DNA of 24,293 nt from Candidatus Undinarchaeota archaeon (GTDB lineage: Archaea; SpSt-1190): contig CAYVAH010000006.1 of assembly GCA_964449215.1 (NCBI GenBank), forward strand, positions 1 through 24,293, written 5' to 3'. A program made the translations under genes and the position numbers. The notes beneath the pieces are model-generated. The model was not told where the DNA came from, ran no database searches, and was given only the letters and a program-made list of their open reading frames with translations. Numbering within the stretch: position 1 is the stretch's first letter; each line of letters begins with the position of its first letter. This document shows, piece after piece, positions 1-7,244 of the stretch.

Positions 1-31
1 GCCCGCCAGGCTACCGTTACCTCATGGCCCC
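1..31 (-). tRNA. 5' half of a tRNA gene, cut by the window edge just before the anticodon (isotype not determinable)
   Basis: The minus strand reads GGGGCCA-TG-AGGT-AACGGTA-GCCT-G-GCGGG-C. This gives a 7-nt acceptor strand, U8, a D-stem AGGT/GCCT around a D-loop with A14 and G18G19, G26, a 5-nt anticodon-stem strand and C32. A TTAAAA box lies at 61-56. Confidence 0.7.
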
Positions 32-57
32 TATGTTTCTTGTCTTTCCTTGTGGTT

Positions 58-1221
58 TTAAGCTTTCTCATACTCACTGTTTATTAAACGTTGGTGGTTC
101 CTGCGGAGCACTGGGACCAGCGGGCTGCCTATATGATACTTACGCTCGGAGACCTTGACCCACCTGACACCTTTTCTGGAGAGGGTGTCCATTACAATGC
201 CGAGACATGCGAAGAGCTCCAGCAAGGGGTCCATGAAGATGTACAGCAGGACCCAGGGGTAAACCCGGGGTTTTGCTTTTGACCATGCGAGAGAAGCGGT
301 GTGCGTTGCCAGACTGAGGAGGAGTGGCAATAGGAAGAGCGAGTTGAAGAACGTGAGAATCAGGGAAGCGAGGGATACCGTGCTCAGGAGCATATTTGTC
401 AGGACGAGGAAGTTATATGGCTGGAGACTAGGGTAGTGCCTCACTACGTTTATAGGACCGTGGAGCCACCTCTTCCGCTCATTCAGGTAATGGCGCACGG
501 ACTCCACATCCTCAAGCAGAACCACTGTGCTGTCGCAGAAGCCTGTTCTGTAACCCTCCCTGTTCAACACAACGGTGAGTTCGGCATCCTCCGTCAATGT
601 CTTCGTTCCATAATAACCAACCTCCTTGAGGACACGCATCCATATGGCGTGGCTGCCGCCATAGAGTGCCGAGTTGCTGGTAAGGACGCTTCTTCCCTTC
701 ATACCTGCACCGAAGAGCCAGATGTCCTCAACAATCCTCATTTTTGATACCGCTGTTTCAGGATTCCCGCCTATGCAGACCGACGAAACGGCATCGTATT
801 TCTGGAGCCACCTCACCATTTCGGTAACGTAGTTTTTTGGCAGGACCGCATCGATGTCGGTGTTTATCAATATTTCGCCCCTGGCGTATTTCCTGATTAT
901 CGGGTTCAGGAACTCAGCTTTCAGCTCATGATGTTTTTTGGCCCGGACATAGGTAATCTTCTCCTTATACTTTTTGGCAATTTCAGGTGTCCTGTCGGTT
1001 GAGGCGTCGTCTGCCAGGATTATCTGCAGCTTTCCCGGGTAGTCCTGATTCAGACATCCATTCAGGAAACGCTCAACAATATGGTCATCGTCCCAGGTTC
1101 TGCATATAAGAGTCACGCTCGGATACCGGAGCAGTGGGGGGACCCTCTCCTTCTTGAAGGCCGCCAGAGCGGTTACCAGATTCAAAAGGGCAACTGCCGT
1201 AAGCAAAGCCAGCCAGAACAC
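58..1221 (-). CDS. Membrane-bound GT2 glycosyltransferase, cellulose-synthase-like processive signature
   Basis: N-terminal TM helix, DDASTD, DID (DxD), TED and a QxxRW-like motif (ERKRW), then C-terminal TM helices. GTG start with a TTATAT box 27 nt upstream. Confidence 0.9.
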   Translation of the reverse strand: MFWLALLTAVALLNLVTALAAFKKERVPPLLRYPSVTLICRTWDDDHIVERFLNGCLNQDYPGKLQIILADDASTDRTPEIAKKYKEKITYVRAKKHHELKAEFLNPIIRKYARGEILINTDIDAVLPKNYVTEMVRWLQKYDAVSSVCIGGNPETAVSKMRIVEDIWLFGAGMKGRSVLTSNSALYGGSHAIWMRVLKEVGYYGTKTLTEDAELTVVLNREGYRTGFCDSTVVLLEDVESVRHYLNERKRWLHGPINVVRHYPSLQPYNFLVLTNMLLSTVSLASLILTFFNSLFLLPLLLSLATHTASLAWSKAKPRVYPWVLLYIFMDPLLELFACLGIVMDTLSRKGVRWVKVSERKYHIGSPLVPVLRRNHQRLINSEYEKA

Positions 1222-1291
1222 ACAATTCTATCTTCAGGGGGCATATAACTGTTTTGTATCAGAGTTTTAAACCCCCCGGGGCATTATCTGT

Positions 1292-1939
1292 GTGCCACTT
1301 TCGCCAGTGTTCTCAGAGGCTCTGACTTCAGCCATGGAGGAGCTGATGACTGGAAAGCATGGGAGGCCATTAACACTGGTCGAAGTCATCACCTGGCTCT
1401 CAAATCAGCTTGTCAACCCCACACACCCGATAGGAAAGGCTTTTGAGATGGCGACCAGAGAGTCCGAGGTGACTGAGGGCGACCTCCTTGAATTGCTGAA
1501 GGACCCGAAAAAGCTGGGGAAGGAGCTCGAGGAGTTTTTGAGTCCCGGCATTCTCAATTACAGCAGCTCCATAGAACATGCCCTGCTCGGCAGGCTTCCC
1601 TGGAGCCAGATACCCCTGGAATTCATGATGGTCTGGATAATCGGGCGTGCCGGATGGGTCGTCGAGTCTGCAGTCCCCCTGGAGCTCCAGGACTTCAAGA
1701 GGGTGTCTTTCCTTGTCCGGAACCCCGGAGGCAAGAGGCTTATACTTGTGTCCGCTTCCGGGGAGACTGATGAGGAGGCGGAGAGGCAAGGAAAAGCCGC
1801 CTTTGAGCTTGTGAAGGGCGGGGAGGTTCCGGCATACGTGGTCACCCTGAGCAAGGAAAATAAGGGGCAGATGAAGAAAGGAAACCCGGGGGTTGTCCGG
1901 CTTCACTACCTTTCGAGCTTCCTGGCAACCAGGGCATAA
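1292..1939 (+). CDS. Hypothetical protein; C-terminal half resembles a degenerate PD-(D/E)xK (DUF4143-like) domain
   Basis: 215-aa ORF with TTTTAAA 27 nt upstream. The pattern LEFMM..RAGW..KRVSFLV..LILVS..AYVVT..LSSFL follows the DUF4143-type C-terminal domain. Confidence 0.7.
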   Translation: MPLSPVFSEALTSAMEELMTGKHGRPLTLVEVITWLSNQLVNPTHPIGKAFEMATRESEVTEGDLLELLKDPKKLGKELEEFLSPGILNYSSSIEHALLGRLPWSQIPLEFMMVWIIGRAGWVVESAVPLELQDFKRVSFLVRNPGGKRLILVSASGETDEEAERQGKAAFELVKGGEVPAYVVTLSKENKGQMKKGNPGVVRLHYLSSFLATRA

Positions 1940-1968
1940 TATTATAATTTCCCGGTCTTTTTTGGTGC

Positions 1969-2226
1969 ATGGAAGAGCTAAGGGCCGTTATAGGCGTGAA
2001 AAGCAGGGAAGGAAGGCTGGGAGAGATTGGTAACCAGCTGGTGAAGAGGCCTGAAACTCTCGCCGTGTATGAGGTTACTGGCGAGTTCGACATAATTGCC
2101 GTGTGCAAGTTTGATGGCACAGTCGGGCTCGAACGGTTCATCAAAGAAGTTCTCCAGTGGAAATATGTTGAGCGAACGACGACCTTTGTGGTTCTGAACG
2201 TCGTCAAGGAGCCTAAAGGCTTATAA
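1969..2226 (+). CDS. Stand-alone Lrp/AsnC ligand-binding (RAM) domain protein, no HTH
   Basis: VYEVTGEFDII and VERTTTFVVL are typical Lrp/AsnC C-terminal motifs. 85 aa; TTATAA 27 nt upstream. Confidence 0.88.
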   Translation: MEELRAVIGVKSREGRLGEIGNQLVKRPETLAVYEVTGEFDIIAVCKFDGTVGLERFIKEVLQWKYVERTTTFVVLNVVKEPKGL

Positions 2227-2254
2227 AACCGTCGTTCAGGTAGGAAGGAGGTGA
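2221..2254 (+). promoter_or_regulatory. TATA box (TTATAAAA, 2221-2228) and Shine-Dalgarno (GGAGGTGA, 2247-2254 region) of the rpl7ae operon
   Basis: The TATA box overlaps the stop codon of the Lrp-domain gene. A perfect archaeal SD ends 5 nt before ATG 2260. Confidence 0.7.
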
Positions 2255-2277
2255 AACCGATGAACAAGGTTGAGGTT
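2255..2277 (+). promoter_or_regulatory. Putative K-loop/kink-turn L7Ae-binding element covering the rpl7ae start codon
   Basis: AACC-GAU-GA-A-CAAGGU-U-GA-GGUU: 4-bp C-stem, 3-nt bulge, tandem G.A/A.G pairs, one A-U pair and a 6-nt loop. Confidence 0.7.
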
Positions 2278-2622
2278 CCCGCAGAACTGGTGGAGAAGGT
2301 CTTGCAGGTCATTGAGAAAGCTAGGGCTACAGGAAAAGTCCGCAAGGGTACAAACGAGACCGTTAAGGCAATCGAGCGTGGGAAAGCCAGGCTGGTTGCT
2401 GTGGCCGAGGATGTTGACCCGAAGGAAATTGTCATGCATCTGCCCGTGCTCTGCGAGGAAAAGGACGTTACCTGTGTGTTTGTTCCAACGAGGAAGGAGC
2501 TGGGTGCGGCGGCCGGTCTCGAGGTGGGGACTGCAGCGGTTGCCGTGGTCGAGCCGGGGGATGCGAAGGCGTTGCTGGAAGACCTGACGAAGAAAATAGC
2601 TGCTCTGAAGAAGGCTGATTGA
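2260..2622 (+). CDS. rpl7ae: 50S ribosomal protein L7Ae
   Basis: [41 protein letters not shown]. Start placed at ATG 2260 after the SD rather than GTG 2251. Confidence 0.98.
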   Translation: MNKVEVPAELVEKVLQVIEKARATGKVRKGTNETVKAIERGKARLVAVAEDVDPKEIVMHLPVLCEEKDVTCVFVPTRKELGAAAGLEVGTAAVAVVEPGDAKALLEDLTKKIAALKKAD

Positions 2623-2623
2623 A

Positions 2624-2836
2624 ATGGGTGAGCTGGGCTTTCCTGCCAGGGTTGTTGAGATTATGGGTCGCACAGGGGCTCGGGGTGAGATAATCCAGGT
2701 GCGTTGCGAAGTCCTGGAGGGACCGGACACTGGCAAGGTGCTGATCCGCAATGTTCGTGGTCCTGTCAGGAAGGGCGACATACTGATGCTGATGGAGACT
2801 GCGATGCAGGCACGAAGGCTGGAGGCGAGGAGATGA
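2624..2836 (+). CDS. rps28e: 30S ribosomal protein S28e
   Basis: GRTGARGEIIQVRC and RNVRGPVRKGDIL; conserved position after L7Ae. Confidence 0.98.
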   Translation: MGELGFPARVVEIMGRTGARGEIIQVRCEVLEGPDTGKVLIRNVRGPVRKGDILMLMETAMQARRLEARR

Positions 2837-2997
2837 AGTGTTCTTTCTGTGGCAGGGAGCTCCCACCCATCGGTTCGTTGCTTTATGTCAGAAGGACGGG
2901 GGATACCCTGCGATTTTGCTCCAGCAAGTGCGAGAAGAGTTTTTTTATGAAGAGGAACCCACGGAAAAAGAAGTGGGTCCGGAAGCAAAAAAAGTGA
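2833..2997 (+). CDS. rpl24e: 50S ribosomal protein L24e
   Basis: MKCSFCG..FCSSKCEK..RNPRK..W zinc-binding pattern. ATGA overlap with the rps28e stop; 54 aa. Confidence 0.96.
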   Translation: MKCSFCGRELPPIGSLLYVRRTGDTLRFCSSKCEKSFFMKRNPRKKKWVRKQKK

Positions 2998-3003
2998 AGT
3001 ATT

Positions 3004-3939
3004 ATGGAGTTTGTGGAGGGGATTCGCTGGGAACCCGGAACCACAGTGCGGGCCCTTGTTAGCGGCTTCCGGACGCTGGGCTTTCAGAGCACGGAGCTGG
3101 CCAAGGCCTCTGCGGTGATGTATAAGATGTGGGCCCAGAAGGCGAAGGTGATACTGACCTTTACGTCCAACATGGTGAGCTCCGGACTGCGCGAGCTCTT
3201 CGCTCAGCTGGTTGAGCTTGGCCTTGTGGATGTTGTGGTGACAACGGCCGGCTCCATAGAGGAGGATATGATGAAGGCTCAGGGCGAGAAGTTCCCGCTG
3301 ACCCGATTCCGGGCCGATGACATAGCCCTCCACGAGCGGGGTCATAACCGTGTCGGGAATATTGTGATTACCAATGACAGCTACGGCAGGTTTGAGGGTC
3401 TGATGAAGGGTCTTCTGGATGAGATTATTGAAAAGAAGAGCGAGCTCACGGGCGTGGAGCTTCTCCGGGAGCTTGGGAGCAGGCTCAAGGACAGGGAATC
3501 AATACTGCGGCAGGCGTATCTGAGGCGTGTTCCGGTCTTCTGCCCTGCCATAACCGATGGTGCTATGGGTTTTCATCTCTACATGGCCGGGGACAGGCAC
3601 CCGGATTTCCACCTGGACATAGTGGGGGATTTCAAGCAGCTGTTGTTTTCCCTGAGCCCTGATGATGTGAAGGGACTCATTGCCCTGGGGGGTGGGGTTT
3701 CAAAGCATTTCGGTCTGCTGGCGACGATGATTAACGGCGGAGCGGACTACGCCGTTTATATGACCACTTCAACGGGCTGGAGCGGCAGTCTCAGTGGCGC
3801 TTCCACCGATGAGGCAAAAAGCTGGGGGAAAATAAAGGATGACTCTGATTCAGCAACCGTGATCGGTGACGTTAGCATAAATTTCCCGCTGGCTTCCTTC
3901 CACGCTCTTGACAGGCTGCACGAAGAGGGGAGAATCTGA
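3004..3939 (+). CDS. dys: Deoxyhypusine synthase family protein
   Basis: FTSNMVSSGLRE, TTAGSIEED, NRVGN, PAITDG, GGGVSKH, and GSLSGA..EAKSWGK with the catalytic Lys. Confidence 0.95.
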   Translation: MEFVEGIRWEPGTTVRALVSGFRTLGFQSTELAKASAVMYKMWAQKAKVILTFTSNMVSSGLRELFAQLVELGLVDVVVTTAGSIEEDMMKAQGEKFPLTRFRADDIALHERGHNRVGNIVITNDSYGRFEGLMKGLLDEIIEKKSELTGVELLRELGSRLKDRESILRQAYLRRVPVFCPAITDGAMGFHLYMAGDRHPDFHLDIVGDFKQLLFSLSPDDVKGLIALGGGVSKHFGLLATMINGGADYAVYMTTSTGWSGSLSGASTDEAKSWGKIKDDSDSATVIGDVSINFPLASFHALDRLHEEGRI

Positions 3940-4910
3940 TGGCGAGGTTCCTGCTTTATCCGGAGGTTGCTCTTGAACGCTACCGGTCTTTGAAGCGGCT
4001 CGGTGAGGTGTGGTACAATTTGAAGACCAACCCCGAGGTCGGGAAAGTCCTGGAAAGCACGGATGCAAAGTTTGTGGCTACCGGCTCCGGAAACCTTTCC
4101 CGCATCGACCCGAAAAGGGCGGTGATGCTGGTCCAGGGTGAGACTGCGGAGGAGCTGAAAGGAGTGGTTGATGCAGGGGTTCATGGCTTCATAGTGGATA
4201 ACGAGCCCGACTTGAAGAGGGTGCTTGCCGTTACTGACGACACAAGGTTGTTCATCCGAATAAGGATGAAGGAACATACCCTTTATACGGGAAAATACTT
4301 TGTGTATGGTATAAACTGGCGCAGGGCTGCAGAGCTTGTCAGGGGACTGGACAGCGTCGGCATTCACTTCCACCGCAAAACTCAGAATGTGGGGGAGTGG
4401 GCGCTTGTGGATGACCTGAAACCAATTCTGGAGCGGATGGAAGTGCAGGAGGTGAATATTGGGGGTGGGCTCCCTGTTGCATATCACAACTCCCGGCCGG
4501 ACCTGCAGCCCATAATGGCGAGTATAGAGAAGCTCCGTGATTATCTTCGCGAGAAGGGGATGAACTTGGTGCTCGAGCCGGGAAGATATATAGCGGCACC
4601 GGCGGTGAAGCTGGAGACCCTGGTGGTGAATGCCTATGACGGGAATCTGGTGGTCGATGCCTCGATATACAACGCTTCGATGGACACCTTCCTTTTCAAT
4701 ATCCGGCTACCCGTTGAAGGTGAGGTGGACAGGGGTCATCGCTATCTGATAAAAGGCCGCTCCCCTGACTCGCTGGACATATTCCGATACAGGGTGTTTT
4801 TCCCCGAGGAGAAGGGGGTCGGGGACCGGGTGGTTTTCCTCAATGCGGGGGCATACAACTTCCACACTGAATTCTCCGACCTGCCGAGGATACCCACGGT
4901 CATCCTGTGA
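3939..4910 (+). CDS. Fold-type III PLP-dependent decarboxylase (ornithine/DAP/arginine decarboxylase family), atypical
   Basis: YNLKTNP (PLP Lys), HFH, NIGGG, EPGRY, GRSPDSLD and NAGAY. TGATG overlap with dys. Confidence 0.88.
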   Translation: MARFLLYPEVALERYRSLKRLGEVWYNLKTNPEVGKVLESTDAKFVATGSGNLSRIDPKRAVMLVQGETAEELKGVVDAGVHGFIVDNEPDLKRVLAVTDDTRLFIRIRMKEHTLYTGKYFVYGINWRRAAELVRGLDSVGIHFHRKTQNVGEWALVDDLKPILERMEVQEVNIGGGLPVAYHNSRPDLQPIMASIEKLRDYLREKGMNLVLEPGRYIAAPAVKLETLVVNAYDGNLVVDASIYNASMDTFLFNIRLPVEGEVDRGHRYLIKGRSPDSLDIFRYRVFFPEEKGVGDRVVFLNAGAYNFHTEFSDLPRIPTVIL

Positions 4911-5493
4911 GCTTTTTCATCATCAGGTCGAAGGTGTTTTCATATTCGAACAGCTCTTCAGGCGAGAACCAGTAGGATATTTCTTGGCGGGCCTCTTCCG
5001 GGTTACCGCTCGCATGGACGATGTTCATCACCACGCGTTTGCTGGAGTTCGCCCAGTCTATGGACTCCTGCGAGAAGTCGGCGCGCACGGAACCTGGTTT
5101 GGCATCTATGGGGTCCGTGTAGCCAATCAGTTTACGGACCTTCTCCACCACATTATTGCCTTCCCAGACCATGAGCACCACAGGTCCCGAGGAGATGAAC
5201 TTGACAATCCAGCTCTTTATTGCCCTGCCTATTTTCAGCTCGTCAAGAGTTCCGAATTCCTTTTCCACATCAATCCCGAGCTGCTTTGACCTGTTCTTTG
5301 TTTTTTGTGCCAGTCCCCTGAGCCAGTCTTCGTCACTGGGGTAAAATCCATCGGCTTTTTCAGGGGAGGGCCAGGTCATTTTCATCCCAACAAGCTTGAG
5401 GCTTGCCCTCTCAAACCGCTTGATAATGTCCCCAACAATCCCGCGCATAACAGCATCGGGCTTTATCATCACAAATGTTCGTTCGACTGCCAT
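4900..5493 (-). CDS. ndk: Nucleoside diphosphate kinase with an internal insertion
   Basis: ERTFVMIKPDAV.RG, SGPV, PGSVRADF, and NIVHASG with the phospho-His. Confidence 0.96.
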   Translation of the reverse strand: MAVERTFVMIKPDAVMRGIVGDIIKRFERASLKLVGMKMTWPSPEKADGFYPSDEDWLRGLAQKTKNRSKQLGIDVEKEFGTLDELKIGRAIKSWIVKFISSGPVVLMVWEGNNVVEKVRKLIGYTDPIDAKPGSVRADFSQESIDWANSSKRVVMNIVHASGNPEEARQEISYWFSPEELFEYENTFDLMMKKLTG

Positions 5494-5523
5494 GTCGTTC
5501 TCGGGGGCAGTAGTATAAAAAAC

Positions 5524-5994
5524 TTAGAGATTTTCCCCCAGGAATTTTCCGGAATATTTTCCCGAGCTGCTGCCCCTGATCAGAAAGAGCTGGGCTACCC
5601 GCGCGCCTTTGTGCAGCACCATGCCGTGTGGATTGAACACCACCAGAAGACCCTGGCCGCGCCCGTGGTAACCCGGGTCCCACAGGGCGCTTATCACAGT
5701 GGCACCCATGCGCATAAGGCTTGACCGGGGCAGGACTATTCCGGCGGTATCTTCCGGGATGGAAACGACCTCGCCGTAGTTGACACGGTAGCAGCCCTGC
5801 TTGAGGTGGATTTTGGTGTCGAATTCCAGCTGTTTTCCCTCTGGAATCCTCCGGTTCCTGTTCGAGAAGTCCAGTTCCCCGGGGCTGTCTATGAGAAAAA
5901 CCTCCCGGGCGGTGAGGTCGACGCCAGCGGGCTGAACCTGTTCGTCCCGCAGGCCCTCCAGGAGCCGGGCAACTTCAGAACCGGGCAAGAACAT
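5524..5994 (-). CDS. dut: Trimeric dUTPase (archaeal dCTP-deaminase-like type)
   Basis: QPAGVDLT, PRSSL.RMG, WDPGYHG, RVAQL. No Glu at the position expected for dCTP deaminase activity. Confidence 0.85.
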   Translation of the reverse strand: MFLPGSEVARLLEGLRDEQVQPAGVDLTAREVFLIDSPGELDFSNRNRRIPEGKQLEFDTKIHLKQGCYRVNYGEVVSIPEDTAGIVLPRSSLMRMGATVISALWDPGYHGRGQGLLVVFNPHGMVLHKGARVAQLFLIRGSSSGKYSGKFLGENL

Positions 5995-6087
5995 TTCCGT
6001 CAGAAAAGCGGTGTTTTATAACCGTTCCGGCAAATTTCTAGTTAAGTTTATAATGCCCTGTGGCTGAGCCCTGAAAAGGTGAAAGAT

Positions 6088-6450
6088 ATGGGAACAGTTG
6101 CGGAGCTTACACCCCATTCCAGGGGTGTGGAGTTGAAGGTAAAGGTTGTGGAAAAAAGGGATGAACGCGAGGTGACTGCCCGCGCTACCGGCAGGCAGCA
6201 CCGGGTTGCGGAATTCCTGGTAGGAGATGAAACAGGGTCGGTGATACTGACCTTGTGGGATGACGACATAGAAAAAGCGGAGATAGGAGCGTGTTATATA
6301 ATCAAGAACGGTTATGTTACGACATTCAGAAACTCCATGCGCTTGAACACGGGAAGGTACGGCTCGATCGAGCCAATCGACGAGAAGATAGAGGCCAACA
6401 CGGAAAACAACGTCTCTGAGAAGTTTGTTGAAAATCAGAGGAGGTTTTAA
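6088..6450 (+). CDS. ssb: Single OB-fold single-stranded DNA-binding protein
   Basis: VAEFLVGDETGS..LTLWDD, IKNGYV..F, LNTGRYG. ATG 6088 follows an AGGTGA SD (alternative GTG 6079). Confidence 0.9.
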   Translation: MGTVAELTPHSRGVELKVKVVEKRDEREVTARATGRQHRVAEFLVGDETGSVILTLWDDDIEKAEIGACYIIKNGYVTTFRNSMRLNTGRYGSIEPIDEKIEANTENNVSEKFVENQRRF

Positions 6451-6454
6451 CCTC

Positions 6455-7210
6455 CTATTTTATTATTCTTGAGCGACCCGGGGGCAGGGCGCGCTGGACC
6501 TCTTCCGGTTCCGCTTCCAGCACTCTGGCAAGTTCCTTGACTATCTCTCCCGGTTTTTTGTCTCCGGGTTCTATCACCGCCAGGCTTTCAGCCCATTTTT
6601 TCATGGCCCGGAGGGGGCCGCAGGTCACCCGACCCTCCCTGATACCAACGGCTGCCTTAAGCTCAGCCTTTCCCCACTCCTTTTTCCCATAGACCATAAA
6701 GGCTCCCTTACGGATGAACTCACCGCTGGGGGCGTGCTTGGTGAACCGTTCCCGGGGAGCATAGAAGACCCCAACGCTTCCGAAGCCTTCGGACCATGCC
6801 TTGGAGAAGATCCCTGCGGCCTGAATGGCTTCTTCCACCGATTCCTGATCAGGTTCGCCCTTTATCACAAAGAATGGCGCTCCGACTATTTCAGCGTGGA
6901 ATACTAACTCTTCAGGGTGGGCGTGCTTTTTCATCAGCATTTCGTTGCTTGTGGCATCTCTTCCCCCTATAATCAGCTTCCCTGTAGAAGAAAAAAACCA
7001 TCTGAACTTTTCATACCATTCCCGCTCCTTCTTTATCTTGATGACCTCCTTTTCGCTGACAGGTTTCACTTCGATGTTCTCCAGCTGTTTTTCCAGCCTT
7101 TTCAGGACCTCTCTCGCTTTTTTTGCCTTTTCTTTCAGTTTCTTGGCCTTCTCGAACATTTCGCTGGCGTTCCGGGCGGCCGTTTTGGAGGTGTCCAGTT
7201 CGACTTCCAC
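6455..7210 (-). CDS. Short NFACT/Rqc2 (RqcH)-family protein: coiled coil, NFACT-R and C-terminal domain only
   Basis: ELD..KTA..NA..FEKAKK, WYEKFRWF.SS, GGRDATSNE, FHAEI.GAP, GEF..KGAFMVYG. GTG 7210 chosen because a TATA box lies 27 nt upstream; the longer ORF (to 7261) would overlap the divergent gene. Confidence 0.88.
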   Translation of the reverse strand: MEVELDTSKTAARNASEMFEKAKKLKEKAKKAREVLKRLEKQLENIEVKPVSEKEVIKIKKEREWYEKFRWFFSSTGKLIIGGRDATSNEMLMKKHAHPEELVFHAEIVGAPFFVIKGEPDQESVEEAIQAAGIFSKAWSEGFGSVGVFYAPRERFTKHAPSGEFIRKGAFMVYGKKEWGKAELKAAVGIREGRVTCGPLRAMKKWAESLAVIEPGDKKPGEIVKELARVLEAEPEEVQRALPPGRSRIIK

Positions 7211-7244
7211 ATCAATACTATAAAGTGGCGTATATATCTGTTGT

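Noticed and set aside
1..71. Minus-strand ORF start MRKLKTTRKDKKHRGHEVTVAWR, containing a GT4-like GHEVTV
   Set aside because: The same bases fit a tRNA 5' half with correct stem pairing and invariant positions, and there is no TATA box at the usual spacing from this ATG.
2704..2832. N-terminal extension on L24e in the ORF track
   Set aside because: It lies within rps28e. The ATGA overlap at 2833 gives a normal-length L24e.
2236..3345. 369-aa antisense ORF
   Set aside because: It shadows four clearly identified genes (rpl7ae, rps28e, rpl24e, dys) and has no family motif.
5524..5994. dCTP deaminase assignment
   Set aside because: Short length and no catalytic Glu after the DPGY motif favour dUTPase.
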